From assembly GCF_000025945.1 (NCBI RefSeq), contig NC_006138.1:1200001-1232000 (forward strand): a stretch of 32,000 nucleotides of DNA, given 5' to 3'. The position numbers and the translations under genes are program-made. A model generated the notes under the pieces. That model saw only the letters and a program-made list of their open reading frames with translations, ran no database searches and was not told where the DNA came from. The DNA is from Desulfotalea psychrophila LSv54. GTDB lineage: Bacteria; Desulfobacterota; Desulfobulbia; Desulfobulbales; Desulfocapsaceae. This document shows positions 1-10,516 of this stretch, in pieces; the stretch's first letter is position 1, and every line of letters begins with the position of its first letter.

Positions 1-5
1 TTTTT

Positions 6-398
6 ATGAAGCAGTTAGATGATGTTTATCGTTCTTGTACACTGGAATATTTTGAAAGTGGAAAATATCGCATCATGATGCCAGAATTTCTTGCCCTCAA
101 GAAAGAGGACAAAGCCATGATGTTGGATCTGCGTTCCAAAGAAGAAGCTGAGCTGGTGAGCCTGTCCTTCGCGCATAACATTCCCATTGCAGAGCTACCC
201 GACCGTTTGGCTGAATTACCCCGGGACAAGGTCATCGTTACCTTCTGTGCCAGCAGCGTTCGTGCTGTGATGGCATTTGTCTATTTACAGGCTGCTGGCT
301 TTAAAAATGTAAAAATTTTAACTGATAAATTGCAGGATTTGACCGCAAACTTCATGCCTCCGTTTGTTGCCAAGAATTACGATATCCTGAAGAAGTAA
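6..398 (+). CDS. Rhodanese-like domain protein
   Basis: 130-aa ORF; LDLRSKEEAELVSLSFAHNIPIAELPDRLAELPRDKVIVTFCASSVRAVMAFVYLQAAGFKNVKILTD matches the rhodanese fold, with a catalytic-loop-like CASSVRA. Confidence 0.85.
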   Translation: MKQLDDVYRSCTLEYFESGKYRIMMPEFLALKKEDKAMMLDLRSKEEAELVSLSFAHNIPIAELPDRLAELPRDKVIVTFCASSVRAVMAFVYLQAAGFKNVKILTDKLQDLTANFMPPFVAKNYDILKK

Positions 399-689
399 TC
401 TTCCTGCCTTCACAAAACCATTGTCCCGGTTTAATTTGGGCCAATGGTTTTCTCTCTTGCGCTAAACTTCCGCACAGAAAACAAAATAGCCATCTAACAG
501 CATATTGAGGCTGTCCCTGTTAAGCCAGACACGGCTTTTATGCTTTTGATCCTGTCCGGATATTGTGGAGAGGGAACTAAGTCTTTGTAGTCATAGCAGA
601 ATGAAGAGGTTTTTTATCTACGGTGTCCAGGTGCTTGGGCAACTGACCTTGAAAACTACCAGATCCAGCCAAACCCACTTACACTCGGG

Positions 690-1078
690 TGAATCCTCCA
701 GGATCTTCTCTCTACGTCATAGCCTCACTAAGGGGCAACCATCCGTAGATCGTCGCCTTTTAGGTACATTTCTCGACCGCTCCCTTCCCTTGGTTGCGAC
801 ATTCTCTACCCATGTAGATATATTTTACCTATAAAACAGTGTTCTAGGGGCATTTGCCCCGGTGGAGTTTTTAAATCTCCTGGTCTGGTAGCTTAGGCAT
901 TGATTTTAGGTAATTATTGACCGCTTGAAATTCTTCCGTGCTAGGCATACAATGATTCTTATAATAAAAGACATGGGTGGAGGGAGTACCGTCTTGCGAG
1001 ATGTTGTGGGTGGAGGTTTCTGCGATCTATCCATTGCACTATGTTTAAGGTGCTGTTGCACTTATTGTACTCATTCAG
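690..1078 (+). repeat. Interspersed repeat copy A (left part diverged or truncated, right end intact)
   Basis: Shares ATAGCCTCACTAAGGGGC..ATCCGTAGATCRTCGCCTT, GTGTTYTAG, GGTGGAGTTTTT, TTGAAATTCTT..RTACAATG and GTCTTGCGAGATGTTGTGGGTGGAGGTTTCTGC with copies B, C and G; ends in the right inverted repeat CTGTTGCACTTATTGTACTCATTCAGC (1053..1078). Confidence 0.8.
925..953 (+). promoter_or_regulatory. Sigma70-like promoter inside repeat A, directed toward the mscS-family gene
   Basis: TTGAAA (925..930), 17-nt spacer, TACAAT (948..953). Confidence 0.4.
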
Positions 1079-1262
1079 CCATTGAAGCATTTAACTCCCC
1101 TGAATAAGCTGAAAGAGTTTCATCAACTCAAACCAAATTTATTTAAGAAGCGACCAACCAATCGTCGGGAACCTAACATGTAAGTTTGTTCATTGCCTAT
1201 CTGGTGATGATTTTTGATCGCTACAACATGTTATGAGATGTTTTTATATAGGGGGCGTGTGG

Positions 1263-3923
1263 ATGAAGTGTAAACTGCTTTCGAATCGTTTTTCTAGGAT
1301 CATATGTGTCGTCAGCATCATTATGCTTGGTCTGTGGGGAGGTTCTCTCTATGCTGCGCAGGTATCGCAAAAATCTGATAATATAGTAGAAAAAGTTGTG
1401 GTGGAGGCAGCGAAAGATTCCTCGAAATCCGCTACATCGAGTCCACGTGCCACCCTACAGAATTTTCTTTCTGACGTTGATCGAGCTGTTGCTGATTGGC
1501 AACAAGGTATTCGTACCGAAGAGAGCGCTTGGGCATTTTTTCGTGCAACACAAATGCTTGATTTTGCTGGAGTTCCTGATAACGTCTCAGGAATTACTAA
1601 AATATCACGTATCCTTTTATTAAAAGATATCCTCGATCGGGTCAAGATCCCGGCAAGTGATCTGGTTCCCGGTGAGGCAGAAGTAGCTTCGAAAGATATT
1701 TCTACCTGGACCATTCCCGGAACACAAATAACTATTGCAAAGGTTGAGGATGGTTCCAAGGCAGGTGATTTTTTATTTTCCAAATATACCGTTGAAAATC
1801 TTGGCAGATTCCACCGGCAGATGGAGGATATACCTTACTCCTCTGGTGTCTCTTCCGGTTTATATGAACAGTTTAGAGATACTGCGCGTTCTAGTGACTA
1901 TTTTTCATCAAAAATTAGGATGCGCGATTTGTTACGAGGGGTTGATACATCAAGTCCTCGGTCAACCTTTGAGAGTTTTTTAAGTAATATCAATCAATCA
2001 TATTTATTTGTGCAGCAAGCAGAAAAAGGATTGCAGCAAACACCGCCCACTCTGACAATGGCAGAGGCTGAACAGCTTGAAGTGCGGGCTCATAACTACA
2101 TGAGACGAGCTATCTCCACACTTGATTTAAGCAATGTTCCAGAGGCACTACGGAGTAGTATTGCTATAGAGTCGACCTTACAGCTTAAGGAAGTTTTTGA
2201 TAGAATGATGTTGCCGGCTTTAGACTCAATCCCTGATCTTGAGATGGTTGAAGCAGCAAGGAAATTTGACAGTGAGGCCTTTATAGGCGGGGCAAAATCT
2301 TTACGTTGGAGATATCCGGACACAGAAATTGAGATTGTAGAGATTGGCGAAGGTAAGAGGCAGGGAGAGTTTCTATTTAGCGCTGATACGGTAAAAAACA
2401 TAGATGAAACATATCGTAAAGTAGAAGCTGTTCCGTACCGAACAACTACAACTGGGCCCAGGGAGAGTGAATATCAATTTCCCGGAACGTCTGATAACTT
2501 TTTCATCACCTACAGCTCAACACCTGGTTATCTTGTCACTCATACCAACTTTTTGAGTGGCTTGTATGACAGCTTTCCACCTTGGTTGAATATCATGTAC
2601 GGTGGACAGACGCTTTGGCAATGGTTTGCCCTCGTGTTCATTCTTGTTTTTACTTTTTTTGCAATTTATTTTACCTTTCGCGCTGTGAAAAGAGCTGTTA
2701 TGCCTCTCCATTCACCTAACCGTGATTGGATCAATCTTATTTCTCCGTTTATTGTGGCCCTTTTTCTTCCCTTTGTTGTGCACTTTATAGATAACGATCT
2801 TAAGATCACTGGTGTTATCGTTTCCACTGTGAAAACTGGTGGTGAATTTTTTGTTATCATCATGCTTGGCTGGGGTGCCATGCGCTTTGGTAAGGCGGTG
2901 TCGGAGACGATAGTAGCCTCTCCAAAAATTGATCCAGAAGGGATTCAGGCATCCTATACTCGGGCTGTATCAGGACTCTTTAGTTTTATTTTTGCTGCAG
3001 TTATAGTTTTTAACGGCCTTTCCCGTATTGGTGTCTCTATGATTCCAGTCCTTACTGGTTTGGGTGTCGGTGGTTTAGCATTTGGTTTGGCAGCACGGCC
3101 GACAATTGAGAACCTTATTGGTAGCTTTATGATATTTTTAGATAAACCGTGTCGGGTCGGTCAGCGGGTGAAGATTCTTTCCCACGACGGAACCGTTGAA
3201 TCCATTGGTCTTCGTTCAACTAAGATCAGACTGCTAAACGGTAATTTGACTGCAATTCCAAATGAAAAAATGGCTAATATGGAAATCGAAAATATTGGCC
3301 GCAGGCCGTATATCCGCAGATGTTTTAACATTACTCTGACCTACGATACTCCACCGGATAAAATCAAACAGTCAATTGATATTATTCGAGAAATTTTATC
3401 TGTTCCTGAGGATGGAATAATGGCCGGCGAATATGGTGTCTATTCTAGGGAAAGGAAGGTACATCCCAACGAAGCGATTAATCAACCGGACTATTTACCT
3501 CAGGTCTATTTTAATGATCTGAACGCAGATTCTCTCAATATAATTGTTTTTTATTGGTACCATCCTCCTCAGTATTGGGAGTATTTAGAACATTCTACCT
3601 GGGTCAACTTACAGCTCATGGAGCGATTTAATGCTGAAGGGATTGATTTTGCCTTCCCAACCCAAACACTATATGTGGCGGGCGATGATAAAAGACCACT
3701 TACCATTGGTCAGCGAGTGGTTACAGCTCAAAATCTTCAGCCACAGCAGGTGGGGAAAGTGTCTACGGTGTTGCAGTCCCATATGAAACAGGAGGAAACC
3801 GAGTTGGCGAGTGACGCCCTAAGGCCTGAAGACAGAGAGCCGTATCTTGAGCGGCAAAAAAAGCAGGAAGAGTTGGAGGCGGCTGAGGCCGAAGAAGGCG
3901 ATAAAGCAAAAGATAATAATTGA
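1263..3923 (+). CDS. MscS-family mechanosensitive ion channel with a large duplicated N-terminal extracytoplasmic region
   Basis: ORF 1233..3923; the second Met at 1263 gives a good signal peptide (ICVVSIIMLGLWGGSLYAA). MscS core VLTGLGVGGLAFGLAARPTIENLIGSFMIFLDKPCRVGQRVKI. Confidence 0.9.
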   Translation: MKCKLLSNRFSRIICVVSIIMLGLWGGSLYAAQVSQKSDNIVEKVVVEAAKDSSKSATSSPRATLQNFLSDVDRAVADWQQGIRTEESAWAFFRATQMLDFAGVPDNVSGITKISRILLLKDILDRVKIPASDLVPGEAEVASKDISTWTIPGTQITIAKVEDGSKAGDFLFSKYTVENLGRFHRQMEDIPYSSGVSSGLYEQFRDTARSSDYFSSKIRMRDLLRGVDTSSPRSTFESFLSNINQSYLFVQQAEKGLQQTPPTLTMAEAEQLEVRAHNYMRRAISTLDLSNVPEALRSSIAIESTLQLKEVFDRMMLPALDSIPDLEMVEAARKFDSEAFIGGAKSLRWRYPDTEIEIVEIGEGKRQGEFLFSADTVKNIDETYRKVEAVPYRTTTTGPRESEYQFPGTSDNFFITYSSTPGYLVTHTNFLSGLYDSFPPWLNIMYGGQTLWQWFALVFILVFTFFAIYFTFRAVKRAVMPLHSPNRDWINLISPFIVALFLPFVVHFIDNDLKITGVIVSTVKTGGEFFVIIMLGWGAMRFGKAVSETIVASPKIDPEGIQASYTRAVSGLFSFIFAAVIVFNGLSRIGVSMIPVLTGLGVGGLAFGLAARPTIENLIGSFMIFLDKPCRVGQRVKILSHDGTVESIGLRSTKIRLLNGNLTAIPNEKMANMEIENIGRRPYIRRCFNITLTYDTPPDKIKQSIDIIREILSVPEDGIMAGEYGVYSRERKVHPNEAINQPDYLPQVYFNDLNADSLNIIVFYWYHPPQYWEYLEHSTWVNLQLMERFNAEGIDFAFPTQTLYVAGDDKRPLTIGQRVVTAQNLQPQQVGKVSTVLQSHMKQEETELASDALRPEDREPYLERQKKQEELEAAEAEEGDKAKDNN

Positions 3924-4125
3924 AAAATCTGATTACCACCGAACTTCAGCCAATTTTAAAAGTTGTCTTGGCATAGTTGCTGTATTAATGGAAACTTTAA
4001 GGAGAGATTTAATCATCCCTTTTAGGTGGAATCTACGGTTAAAGCGTTAACATGTTAGATACCGTGGTAAATGTTTAGGGCGTATCGCATGGTATGCATC
4101 GTCAATGGCAGTTTTAATGTTACGG

Positions 4126-4701
4126 AGCTGATGTAAAAGAATTCTATCCAAGGCACTCTTTTATTCTGGCAAGATTCTTCTTGTCTGCCCTCTGCGTGAT
4201 AGCTTCACTTAGGGACACCCTCTCCGTAGATCATTGCCTTGTCCTCAAGGTGGGCATATCGTTTGGCGTGGCCCATGTAGTTGTTAGATCAAGTTGCATT
4301 AAGCCGATGTTACAGCCTGTGAAATAGATTCATCCTAGGACCAATCTTTCCCGCAATGCCTTCCCGTGGTTGTCATATTTTCTACTTATGTAGACTGCTT
4401 CCAACCATAAAGCAGTGTTTTATGGATCTCTTGCTGATTTTTCTTTATTGCCTATGATGAGACCTAGGGGTGTTTGATCGGTGGAGTTTCTTGGCCTCCT
4501 GCTCTGGTAATTTGAAGTGTGATTTTAAGTGATTATGGATCGCTTGAGGGTTGTTTGGTGTTAGGGGTATAATGCTTTCTCTTACAAAAAGACATGTGGG
4601 GAGAGGGCGTATCGTCTTGCCAGATGTTGCGGGTGGAGGTTTCTGCCATCTACCCATTGTATTATGCTTAAGACGCTGTTGCACTTTTGCTTGTGACTGT
4701 C
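4126..4701 (+). repeat. Interspersed repeat copy B (near full length, left tip eroded)
   Basis: Colinear with copy G from GATGTAAAAAGAATC through TCATTGCCTT, GGACCAATCTTTCCCG, TTTCTACTTATGTAGAC, GGTGGAGTTTCTTGG, TTAGGGGTATAATGC to the degenerate right tip CTGTTGCACTTTTGCTTG. Confidence 0.8.
4544..4573 (+). promoter_or_regulatory. Sigma70-like promoter inside repeat B
   Basis: TTGAGG (4544..4549), 18-nt spacer, TATAAT (4568..4573); same alignment position as in copies A, C, E and G. Confidence 0.4.
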
Positions 4702-5026
4702 GCATTAATCTTGATCATTTTTCTATCATCCTTAATATTACGAGGAGCAGGTCCTCCACAATAACGGGGAGAAGCACACTAAGGTTTTTCGTTAAGTGGC
4801 CGTCTTGTTTTTTGTGGTCTGCCAGATTATCATCTTGGGCAGAGTTACGGTCGAAGCCATTGTTTACACCCTTGGCCAGACCAGAAAAACCTTTATTCAT
4901 TCTCTGGCTGGTTTGCTACCTTGTCTATTATTTGAAATGTATTGAAAATTGTTCAAAAAAAACCAATGCAGTAGCCCAATACTTTTATGATTTGTATTCT
5001 GGGTATTAACCCGAGTTGGAATTCTT

Positions 5027-6712
5027 ATGTTCATTGATCGCCATCCCTTAACACTTTTTCTACGATTTCCTGCGGGGAAAATACTCTGTTATAGTCTGTT
5101 TTTTTTCCTGGCATCAATCACCGCCAGCAATAGTCGTCCGCTCGATACCGAACTCTCTCTGGCGCTGGAAGAATATCTGGGGTGTCTGCCGATAGAACTG
5201 ATACAGAATGACGGCCAACTTCCAATTTTGTCGACGGTAGATTTATGCCTAGCAAAAATCTATCATCAAACCGGGGCTCGCCCGCTCTGGGTGACCGTTG
5301 ATGGTCCCTCTGAAAAAGGCAAGATCATTCTCAAATACCTGACCGATTCCGATCAGCACGGCCTTGAACCTAATGCTTACAAACTCGAACGTTTACGGGA
5401 ACTTTGGTCAAGCAAAGGTGTCGATGAGTTGGCCGAGCTTGACATTTTATTGACCTACAACATCGTAAAATATGTGCATGACATTAGTTATGGCCGACTC
5501 AAACCCTTAGAGTCGGACCCTCAACTGTTCGCCGAGGCAGGAGACAAAGAATTTAACCCGCTTCGTGCCATCGAGCACCTTCTTGCCACGAGGGATCTTG
5601 ACAGGTTTCTTGCTGGCTTACCTCCTCAGCATCTTCATTACAAGGCACTTAAAACAGCTCTTGCATACTATCGTAACTTCGCTAAAAATGGTGACTGGCC
5701 TAAGGTGGCAATGGGAGTAAACCTGCACCCCGGCGATAGAGAGAAACGAATTATAAGCATCAGAAAAAGACTCCAGTTTGCAGGTCCTTTCCTGGAAGCC
5801 CCCCGAGACTCGGATTTAAGCCAATATGATCTCATCTTAGAAGAGGCCGTTCTGTCCTTTCAGCAGCTACATGGCCTGCAAACAGATGGGATTATAGGTA
5901 GAAATACCGTCGATGCCCTAAATATTTCGATTGCTGAAAAAATTGAAATTATTCGTCTGAATATGATGCGATGGCGATGGCAGGCACATGATCTGGGAAA
6001 ACGATATCTGCTCGTCAATATCGCCAGTTTTAATTTAAAGGCATTCCGCGACCAGGATGTAGTGCTGGACATGCCGATTATCGTCGGCACTGAGGAGAAC
6101 GAGACTCCGGTTTTCAGTGCCTGGATCAAATATATCGATTTCAACCCATTTTGGAATATTCCCACCAGTATCGCCCGCAATGAGATGTTACCAGCACTGC
6201 GGAAAAACAACTATTATCTCATTGATCAGCGTATTAGTCTGTTCTCTAATTGGCAGCAGAGTGCAGTCGAGCTCGACTCCACAGCTATCGACTGGGAGGC
6301 TATTACCCCGAGCGAAATCTCCGCCTATAAGCTCAGGCAGGATCCGGGTCCCTTGAATGCACTGGGGAGAATTAAATTTATCTTTCCTAATAGCTATTCC
6401 GTCTATATGCACGATACGCCTGGCCGTCATCTTTTTAGCCTAAGCAAAAGAAGCTTCAGTCACGGTTGTATTCGGGTGAGTGACCCCCTAAGCCTGGCCA
6501 TTTTCCTCCTTGAAAATCAGACAGATGGTTGGGATACTGAAAAAATTAAAGAAATATATGAGCAGGAGGAGCGTAAAGTGATTATCTTAACTCTTTCTGT
6601 TGCCGTTCATATAACGTATGGAACCGCCTGGGTTGACAAAGGCGGAGAGATCCATTTTAGTAGGGATATTTATTTGAGAGATGAGAGATTGCGTAACGCT
6701 CTTTTGAAATAA
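5027..6712 (+). CDS. L,D-transpeptidase (YcbB/LdtD-like) with peptidoglycan-binding domain
   Basis: Catalytic motif YSVYMHDTPGRHLFSLSKRSFSHGCIRVSDP; PG-binding-like ILEEAVLSFQQLHGLQTDGIIGRNTVDALN; N-terminal hydrophobic signal. Confidence 0.92.
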   Translation: MFIDRHPLTLFLRFPAGKILCYSLFFFLASITASNSRPLDTELSLALEEYLGCLPIELIQNDGQLPILSTVDLCLAKIYHQTGARPLWVTVDGPSEKGKIILKYLTDSDQHGLEPNAYKLERLRELWSSKGVDELAELDILLTYNIVKYVHDISYGRLKPLESDPQLFAEAGDKEFNPLRAIEHLLATRDLDRFLAGLPPQHLHYKALKTALAYYRNFAKNGDWPKVAMGVNLHPGDREKRIISIRKRLQFAGPFLEAPRDSDLSQYDLILEEAVLSFQQLHGLQTDGIIGRNTVDALNISIAEKIEIIRLNMMRWRWQAHDLGKRYLLVNIASFNLKAFRDQDVVLDMPIIVGTEENETPVFSAWIKYIDFNPFWNIPTSIARNEMLPALRKNNYYLIDQRISLFSNWQQSAVELDSTAIDWEAITPSEISAYKLRQDPGPLNALGRIKFIFPNSYSVYMHDTPGRHLFSLSKRSFSHGCIRVSDPLSLAIFLLENQTDGWDTEKIKEIYEQEERKVIILTLSVAVHITYGTAWVDKGGEIHFSRDIYLRDERLRNALLK

Positions 6713-6748
6713 TTTTTTACACCATATTACCTCAGACCTTAACATCAC

Positions 6749-7306
6749 ATGACCCAACCGAAAAAATTGCACTTGATGAATCGACGCCGATTACTGCTTA
6801 CAGCAGCCAAAATCGCGGCCGGATTGGTTATTGCCTCACCACTTGAACTTTTTGCCCGGTCCATTCCCGATAACAAGATTTCATTTTCCCATACACATAC
6901 CGGTGAATGCTTCGACTTGTGTGTTAACGATCGAGCATACAGTCCAGTTGTCAGGGAAAATCTTTTTTTCTTTCTCCGTGACTTTCGCACCAAGGAGGTG
7001 CATTCGATCGATTTTCGACTTATGGATATTCTCCTTAAAATCCGGCAAAAAACGGGTAGCACAGGTATTTACCAGGTTATATCCGGATACAGATCTCCAA
7101 ATACCAATAATTTGTTACGGGGCAAGAGCACTGGAGTCGCAAAAAAGAGTTTGCATCTGCAAGGCCGAGCCATTGACATTCGGCTTACGGATGTGCCTAC
7201 CAAAGAGCTTCGGGATGTTGCCTTATCTCTGAGAGCTGGTGGGGTCGGCTATTATGCCAAATCAGACTTTGTCCATATAGATACCGGTCATGTTCGTTCA
7301 TGGTAA
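6749..7306 (+). CDS. DUF882/YcbK-like peptidase M15 family protein with Tat-like signal
   Basis: NRRRLLLTAAKIAAGLVIASPLELFA signal; VISGYRSPNTNNLLRG...SLHLQGRAIDIRL...GGVGYYAKSDFVHIDTGHVRSW. Confidence 0.9.
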   Translation: MTQPKKLHLMNRRRLLLTAAKIAAGLVIASPLELFARSIPDNKISFSHTHTGECFDLCVNDRAYSPVVRENLFFFLRDFRTKEVHSIDFRLMDILLKIRQKTGSTGIYQVISGYRSPNTNNLLRGKSTGVAKKSLHLQGRAIDIRLTDVPTKELRDVALSLRAGGVGYYAKSDFVHIDTGHVRSW

Positions 7307-7330
7307 CTGCTTAATTGTTTCATATAGGTC

Positions 7331-7700
7331 GTTGCTTCACTAGGGGGCACACCATCCGTAGATCATCGCCTTATTGTTAAGATGAGCTGGTTATCCTGTT
7401 GGTATAATGACATAAAAGCTTCTGGATTTTGTAGAGGGTGGATTATATGATTTCCTGGCTAATAAACTTGCTGTAGACTCCTTTCAACCGTAAAACAGTG
7501 CTCTAGAGATTTCTTGCTAATTTCCTTTATCACCTATAATGAGATCTAGGGGCGCTTGGCCGGTAAGTTTTTTGGCCTCCTGTGCTGATAGTTTGGAGTG
7601 TGGTTTTGGCTGATTATGGATTGCTTGAAATTCTTTTCTGTTAGGGGCATAATCTTTTTGTAACAGAGGCCTGGGACGCTCAAAAAACATTGCGGGTCTT
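7331..7700 (+). repeat. Interspersed repeat copy C (partial)
   Basis: GCTTCACTAGGGGGCACACCATCCGTAGATCATCGCCTTATTG...GTAAAACAGTGCTCTAGAGATTTCTTGCTAATTTCCTTTATCACC...TTGAAATTCTTTTCTGTTAGGGGCATAATC; right tip not recognisable. Confidence 0.75.
7625..7653 (+). promoter_or_regulatory. Sigma70-like promoter inside repeat C, directed toward dgkA
   Basis: TTGAAA (7625..7630), 17-nt spacer, CATAAT (7648..7653). Confidence 0.4.
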
Positions 7701-7872
7701 TTAGCCCCAAAATAAATAAGCTGAAAAAGGTTGGTTGGAATGTTGGCGACCAGGGCGGACGTCTTTTTGCCTAGTAAATCATCTGGGACCCAACAAATAG
7801 GCTTAGGTTTTAATGCTTATCTCGGGCTTTTCTTTGGCGGGTTTTTTTCTTCTACAAAGGAGTATAAATAGA

Positions 7873-8244
7873 ATGAAAGGAAATAGGGGATTCAAGCGGC
7901 TTGTTTTAGCCACATGTTATTCCTATAGAGGACTTTGTCAGGCATTTAGGCATGAAGCTGCCTTTCGCCAGGAACTTTTTCTGGTCGCTATTCTTCTTCC
8001 GCTGACCTACTGGTTTGAGGTTGAGCCTATCGAACGCTTATTGATGGGAGCCTCATTAATTCTTGTACTGATTGTTGAATTGTTAAACTCAGGAATTGAG
8101 GCCGTCGTTGATCGCATAAGTGAGGACTTTCATGAACTTTCTGGCCGGGCGAAAGACATTGGCTCAGCTGCCGTTTTTATGACATTCTTGCTAGCCGGCT
8201 ACGTCTGGGTATCGACTCTTTGGCCCTTGCTACCTTTACTCTGA
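7873..8244 (+). CDS. dgkA: Diacylglycerol kinase
   Basis: Start at ATG 7873 after AAAGGAG; ATCYSYRGLCQAFRHEAAFRQELFLVAILLPLTYWF...LNSGIEAVVDRISEDFHELSGRAKDIGSAAVFM is a DgkA signature. Confidence 0.9.
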   Translation: MKGNRGFKRLVLATCYSYRGLCQAFRHEAAFRQELFLVAILLPLTYWFEVEPIERLLMGASLILVLIVELLNSGIEAVVDRISEDFHELSGRAKDIGSAAVFMTFLLAGYVWVSTLWPLLPLL

Positions 8245-8519
8245 AATAAATGTATCGGCTTTTCTAAAGATAGGTCGCTGCCCATTAATGTCATACTACA
8301 AGACCATATCTAGGTTCGGGCTGATGCGAGGGAGGCAATTCGTGTGGTATGGGGTAAGGTGCGGAGACCCATCAATCACGACCGGCCATTGACCGGAAAC
8401 AAAAAAAGACACTCACAGGAAACCCCCATAAGTGCCTTTACCAGCGGTGGAGGTTGGGGCAAACCGTTGGTCTCTTGACTGTCAGGTGACTGGAATTCTT
8501 GTATGAATTTGATTTAAAT

Positions 8520-8866
8520 CGATGTTGTAGCTTGCAAAATAGATTCATCCCTGGACCAATCTTTCCCGTAATACTCTCCCTCGCTTGCCACATTTTCTAC
8601 TCCTGTAGATCTATTTTGCCTATAAAATAGTGTTCTAGAGATCTCTTGCTAGTTTCCTTTATCGCCTGGGTAGACTTTTCGGATGGGGTCGCTTGAGCGG
8701 TGGAGTTTTTTCTGTCTCTCGTTTTGGCATTTTGAAGTGTGATTTTAGGTAATTATGGAATTCTTGCTCTTTCTTTGCCGTTAGGATGTTGATAGTTTCT
8801 ATTGATGGGGTGGTCGCGCAAATAAGGTTTTTTTGTACTGAATGTTGCACTTATTGCTTGAGATCA
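8520..8866 (+). repeat. Interspersed repeat copy D (right half, diverged)
   Basis: GCAAAATAGATTCATCCCTGGACCAATCTTTCCCGTAAT...CTCCTGTAGATC...GTGTTCTAGAGATCTCTTGCTAGTTTCCTTTATCGCC...GGTGGAGTTTTTT; right tip AATGTTGCACTTATTGCTTGAG around 8841..8862. Confidence 0.75.
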
Positions 8867-9013
8867 ATCTTTGCCTTTCTTTTTTTTGTTAAAACGCCCT
8901 TGCTTTTGCTGGTGATTTGCGACAGGTTTCAATCCTAACATAAGCTCGGTAGGGGGAGGCCTCTACTGTTTGTATTTTTTAAGGTGCTGTCTAACAGCCA
9001 AGAAGGAGTAGGT

Positions 9014-10339
9014 ATGAAAAAGATTATGGTAGGTTTTGTGGCACTTCTCGTTGTTGCAGGAGTCTGCGCCCCATTTATTAACGGACTTGTCATGGAGAAA
9101 ATGGTTACACAGTCTCAAGATGATCTGAATAAAATGTATGTAGATACCGGTTCAGACATGGCTGTTGAGGTTATCAAATATGACAGAAAGTTTTCTTCAT
9201 CAGAGATCGAGTGGAAGATTAAATTGGGAAGTCTTGCCGCAATATATGGTGTTGATGAAATCATATTTGTAGATCGGGCAGATCATGGCTTTACTGGTGT
9301 TGTGTCTAAAACCAGCCTTGAGAAGAATCGATGGTTTGTCGATTTGTTAGATGATAAATTTGATGGAAAAAACCCTTTGACCATAACGACTACATATAGA
9401 TTAGGAAGGAAAATTGAGTCGGTAATTGACATTGGTTCTTTTACCTTGCAACTGGGAAATGAGTCTGTTGCTTCCCTGCCGGGAAGGATTGTCTCTGAAT
9501 ATGATGTGGGTTTGACACATTGGATAAGTGAAGCAACGTGGGCAGGATTTTCTGTGCCGGGTAAGGTCAGTATGGGTGGTTTTTCCCTCGGGTGCGATTT
9601 GGAGAAAATTTCTACTTATATTTGGGATGGTGATCTCTCATATGAAATTAAAGATATCAAGGTTGAGGGCAAGAAGGGAAATTTTGAACTTGTAAATTTT
9701 GCAGTTCAATACACTCTGGGTTATGACAAAAATAAAAACATGTTATCCATGGGTGGAGAGATTGAAATTGCTAGCATTGCTGTAGCAAACCAGAAAGTAA
9801 AAGATGCAGTTATTAAATTAGCTATAAACAATATAGATGCTCAGAGTTACGAAGAATTTATGAAGATATACACCCAGACGATTGCTTCTACTCTGGACGA
9901 TATCTCTCTAAAAAAAGAAAGTTCTGAAGGGATGGATGAAGCTCTGAAGCAAGAGATGGCCACCGCTGGTATTCAGATGATGGCGGCATGCGAGAAATTC
10001 TTAAAAAAGGGATTGGAGCTAAAAATTTCAGACCTGCATGTTCAACTTCCGGAGGGGCGAATTTCTGGTAATGCAGGATTGATATTAAATAAGGACGTTA
10101 CTTTTGCACAATTGGCCCCCATCGTCATCCAACCTAACTTGGCATTTGATATTTTTTCCCTGCAATCCGATTTTAGTATTCCTGCAGAACTTATTAGCGA
10201 TAAGAGCAAGCTTGTCTCACCAGTATTCCCGGGAATGCAGACTGGCCTGTTTGTGATAGACGGAGAAAATTTGGTCCACAGGACACAAACTAAAAATGGA
10301 AAACTGCTCTTAAACGGAAATGAAATGCTCTTCCATTAA
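9014..10339 (+). CDS. DUF945/YdgA-like family protein
   Basis: ATG at 9014 preceded by AGAAGGAG; MKKIMVGFVALLVVAGVCAPFINGLVMEKMVTQSQDDLNKMY...SSEIEWKIKLG; long beta-rich secreted-type ORF. Confidence 0.7.
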   Translation: MKKIMVGFVALLVVAGVCAPFINGLVMEKMVTQSQDDLNKMYVDTGSDMAVEVIKYDRKFSSSEIEWKIKLGSLAAIYGVDEIIFVDRADHGFTGVVSKTSLEKNRWFVDLLDDKFDGKNPLTITTTYRLGRKIESVIDIGSFTLQLGNESVASLPGRIVSEYDVGLTHWISEATWAGFSVPGKVSMGGFSLGCDLEKISTYIWDGDLSYEIKDIKVEGKKGNFELVNFAVQYTLGYDKNKNMLSMGGEIEIASIAVANQKVKDAVIKLAINNIDAQSYEEFMKIYTQTIASTLDDISLKKESSEGMDEALKQEMATAGIQMMAACEKFLKKGLELKISDLHVQLPEGRISGNAGLILNKDVTFAQLAPIVIQPNLAFDIFSLQSDFSIPAELISDKSKLVSPVFPGMQTGLFVIDGENLVHRTQTKNGKLLLNGNEMLFH

Positions 10340-10516
10340 GAACCAACAGTGGGGTCGGGATGCCAAAATGTGGAAAAGCTCACTCTTGTAATAATGGGGG
10401 TTATTCCAACAACTCAGATCTATATGATAAATTCAATTCACACTAATCAAGAGGGAAGTTTCCTCAATAATAGATTGGCATCACGATCAGAGAGTTAGCC
10501 ATGGAAAGGAAATAAT

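Noticed and set aside
565-1107. ORFs 565..834 and 925..1107 as genes
   Set aside because: They lie across repeat copy A. Similar translations (e.g. DVVGGGFC, CCCTYC) recur in copies B and G simply because the DNA is repeated; no good RBS.
4445-5009. ORFs 4551..5009 (+) and 4445..4705 (-) as genes
   Set aside because: They mostly overlap repeat copy B and have no recognisable domain.
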